From the NCBI GenBank assembly GCA_013239625.1, contig MU053934.1, forward strand, positions 8,391,352-8,455,351: 64,000 bases of DNA, in the 5' to 3' direction. This document shows, piece by piece, positions 60,593-64,000 of this stretch. The notes beneath the pieces are model-generated. The model did no database searches and was not told the DNA's origin. It saw only the letters and a list, made by a program, of their open reading frames with translations. Each line of letters begins with the position of its first letter. Position 1 is the first letter of the stretch. Origin of the DNA: Lama guanicoe (taxonomy: Eukaryota). A program made the position numbers and the translations under genes.

Positions 60593-61477
60593 GAGCCAGG
60601 GTTGCTGCACTTCTCTCGCTGCATGAGACCCCCAGGAGTGGAGGGAGGTGAACTGTGCACCAAGAAGCCGTATGAGACGTGCTTCTGGAGCAGCATGTCA
60701 GCGCCCAGAGCAGAATCTGGTGGCCTCTCCGGGGAACCTCCAACATCTAAAACTATCCAAGAAACCACGGACTTCCAAAGAAGTTTGCAGGGCCAAGGGA
60801 GCCCAGACTTAGGAAAGATGGCTCACCAAATAAAAACCACAACAGATATTTAAAGGAAAAACCAAGACCCAAGATTGCCAAGCGTGCTGGGCTCACTGTT
60901 CATGGTGGAAACACAGCAGTTTCCTTCCATGATGATCACGTCGGTGAAGGTTGCATACACACATCGAAAGCCAGGGGTAATATTAGGAGCAGCAGCAGTT
61001 TACATGAAAGTCTCTGTTTCACCTGCTTGGGAGATTGGGAGTAGACGGGGTGGTGTTTTTTGTCGACATGGTTGTTTGGGTAAGTTTTATTTTAGGCAAG
61101 TTGTCAGTTTTGATTTGCAAAAGAGGAAGATGACCAGTTCCGGAAACTGCAAAGTGCTGTGTACAGGCAGAGGGACATCCTGGCTTGTTCAACAAATACT
61201 TGCTGTGTCCTAAAAGCCGGGCACAGTTCTGGGGCCTAGGGTACAGCCATGAGCAAGATGGTTCAGTCTCTGTCCCCGGAGAGCCCCCGCCCCGGTGCAG
61301 AGGCCAGGTCAACAAACCAGAGACCTTGATACGGTGTGAGGAAGGGGTGCATGTGGGGAAGGGGGGTGGGCAGTCACAGAGGGGTGGTGGGGAGGGGGCT
61401 GTCTCAGATGGAGAGGATTTCACAGCCGTGGAATTCTCAGGCAGCTTTGCTGACTGTCGAGGATTCTGGATGCAGGG

Positions 61478-61982
61478 TGTTGACAAAAATAACCAATAAA
61501 CAACCAGTAATAGAGAAGAGTTTTACTTAAGCCGAACTGAGGACTAGCCTGGAAGCCCGCTCCCCAGGTGGCTCCGAGGCGCTGCTCCAGAGCAGCAGGG
61601 CCTTCAGCGCAGCTTTGTGTCAGGTCAGAACAAAGAACGTTAACAAGTCAGGGATACGTTCCTTCAAGGTTTAAAAAAACAGACTAGCATGTACACAGGA
61701 AGTCAGTGTGACCTTGGCACGTGGGAAGGGAGTCATCCTCAAGGGAGGGCCAGCTTGGTGTCCTAGGAAGAAGGGCCTTTACTCTTTACATTTAACACGG
61801 ACCTTCTTTATGTGCCCTTTTTATAATTAATTACTTTAATAATTGAAGCAGGTGGACAGTGTACGTTTGATAGGCCGCAAACAGGCTGTTTTAGTTGGCA
61901 CAAAACTTAGGTTAACTCACAGATGAGCCCGAATGTCTTGCCCATATCTCAATAGGTGAAAAGAACAAAAGTTCTTTTATCA
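61478..61982 (-). mobile_element. ERV1-type solo LTR (MER34-like)
   Basis: TG...CA ends; tgttgacaaaaa...ttacttaagccgaactgagga parallels tgtcgacaaaaa...ttactcaagtcaaattgagga at 6024. Confidence 0.75.
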
Positions 61983-63571
61983 GGGCCTTAAACATAGTAT
62001 AACAATCTCAAAAACTTCCAGTCACCTCATGGGCGGCTGGAGTTGACCATCGGTCATTGTCAGTTTGGGGAAACTGGAGCCTGGAAGAGGGAAGCACTGA
62101 ACACTTCACTGGGCCCATTGGGTGAGAGGACCACAGGGCAGGGTGGGCCTCCCCACCCCTGCCTGTCCCTCTCGGGCTGGGAGACACCCCCCTCCACCAG
62201 GAGAGAAAGAGCTAAATTCTCACTTAACAGCAGGAGGCTTCTGGGCCTCATTACCATGATGCAAATTAATATTTATTATGCAATTATTCATCTTTATAAT
62301 TGCTAGTATTTCAAAGGGAGCATGGAGACTTTAATTAGACTACTTTGATTATTGTTAAAATGGAATGTCAGAATGAGACGTGCCCCTCTCCCCGCCGCCG
62401 ACAGCCCGTGTCATGCTGCCTCAGGAAGTTTCTCAGACAGGCTCTGCTCCCTGACCCCGAGGCTGACTCGCTCTTTTGGACCATTTTTTAATCCTGATTT
62501 CGGGAAACTTTCTCGGGGCATCTGAGGCGCCAAACTCAAAACTCCAGGGGCCTGGTTCCTGTAGGTGCCTTTAAGACGGGCAGCCGAGCGTCCTGGGGCA
62601 GAGGGGCTGGTCCTCGTGCCCGGCAAAGGGACCAAGTGTCATAGGACTGGCTCCCGCCACCCCCACGACGGCTGTGCCCTGTGCCCACCCGCCTGGCCTC
62701 GCTGTCAGTTCTCCCGAGATACTGGGCTACAGGGCTCTTCCTCACCCCGCTGGTCACCCTGGGGTTTCCTTCCCTCCCTCCCCGTCTCCTAGTCCCATTC
62801 AACAAACATTTGTCAAGCCCCATTAAAATGTCTCTTGCCCTTTTAGGGGCACAAAACATTTTCAAGTATTGGACTTCTTGGTGGCAACCTTAAGAGGATC
62901 AGAAGGTGGAAAACAGTTTTTAAAAGCAAGATTTGGAAAAATGAGACCTTCCAACCAGCGGCAGCAGGACCCCTGCCCTCCTCCTGCCTGTGGCCCCATC
63001 ACCAGCACCGTCTGAGCGGACCCAGGCCCTGGCCGTGCTGCTGACGTGGGAAAGAGGACAGAAGCTGCAGACCCAGCAGGAAGCAGAGGCAGGGGTCTGG
63101 GAAGACAGAGAGGCCTGAGCAGGGACGGGTCCAAGGGGCTGCTGAGGAGGAGGACTCGGGGGGAGAGGGGGGAGGGACAGAAAGGTCGACCGTAATGCCC
63201 AGATGTCCCACTTGGGTGGCTGAAATGACACCGCCAGGGCAGGTGACAAGCTCCGACTGGGATGTGCTGAGGGGCCCATGGGCCTCGTAGGGGGACGCCA
63301 GGGCCGGGTGATGGGTGTGGGTCATGGGAGGGTCCGGGCCACATGCCAGATTAGAGAGTCACCATGGCAGAGACACCGGGAGGCATGGCGAGCCCAGGAT
63401 GGCCCAGGAACGGAAGTGGCCAGGACACACCCCTGGAACACACACTGTGCAGAGGGGCAGAGAAGGGGCTGTGGGAGAGGAAGGCGAGGCCAGGCGAGGG
63501 GGCTTTGCAAACAGACTGGGAGGAAGCTTCCAGCCAGCAGAGGCGCTCAGGGTCAGGGGCACAAAGGAGGG

Positions 63572-63901
63572 TGTCGTGCTTGGTTTGGGCCCCCGCAGAA
63601 GCCGTTGCAGTCCTCACCCCCAGTGCCTGTGAACAGACTCTATTTGGAAACAGGGTCTTTGCAGACAATCAAGTTAAGATGAGGTCATTAGGGTGGGCCC
63701 CGGTGACAGCAGACACAGGGTAAACCATGTGAAGACACGGCAGGAGCTGCCCGCTGACAGCCATGGAACACCTGAGGCCCCGGAAGCGGGGAAGAGCCGG
63801 GAAGGAACCGCCCTGCCTGCCGACGCCTCGACCTGGGACTCTGGCCTCCAGATTGTGAGACAGTAAATGTCCGTCATTTAAGCGGCCCCAGGATACTAAT
63901 C
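63572..63901 (+). mobile_element. MaLR solo LTR (MLT1B/C-like)
   Basis: Perfect 5-bp TSD GAGGG (63567-63571, 63902-63906); tatttggaaacagggtctttgcagac...aagttaagatgaggtcattagggtgggccc. Confidence 0.9.
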
Positions 63902-64000
63902 GAGGGGTCAGGGTAGGATGCTGAGCTGGCAGGCAGTGGAGGAGGGGGTGCTGTGTACCCCCCGTGCCGCCAGGGAGGAGGGTGTCACCTCCCACCTGCC

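Noticed and set aside
1..64000. CRISPR arrays, operons or other prokaryotic systems
   Set aside because: The sequence is mammalian; the tandem repeats have no repeat-spacer structure

Overview
Mammalian nuclear DNA, very probably camelid (camel/alpaca/vicuna): two tRNA-Ala(AGC)-derived SINEs with A-tails resemble Vic-1, and several young L1 3'-UTR copies are present. The window is GC-rich, repeat-dense and intergenic or intronic, with three N gaps. I could not support any protein-coding exon; the supplied ORF track looks like chance ORFs in GC-rich or TE sequence. The only protein-like signals I recognise are a frameshifted hAT (Zaphod-like) transposase fossil at 1-570 (- strand) and L1/HAL1 relics. 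Other content: L1, L2, MIR, MaLR (MLT1), ERV solo LTRs, hAT MITEs (MER5A, MER33, MER91A-like) and microsatellites. I found no convincing novel biological system. The best leads are two L1 insertions with apparent 3' transductions (one possibly serial), a divergent pair of same-family ERV LTRs, an orphan CpG promoter-like element, a metal-response-element cluster, several enhancer-like motif clusters and a 96-nt candidate exon. Repeat family names come from my recollection of consensus sequences, not a database search. Boundaries are approximate unless a TSD is given.
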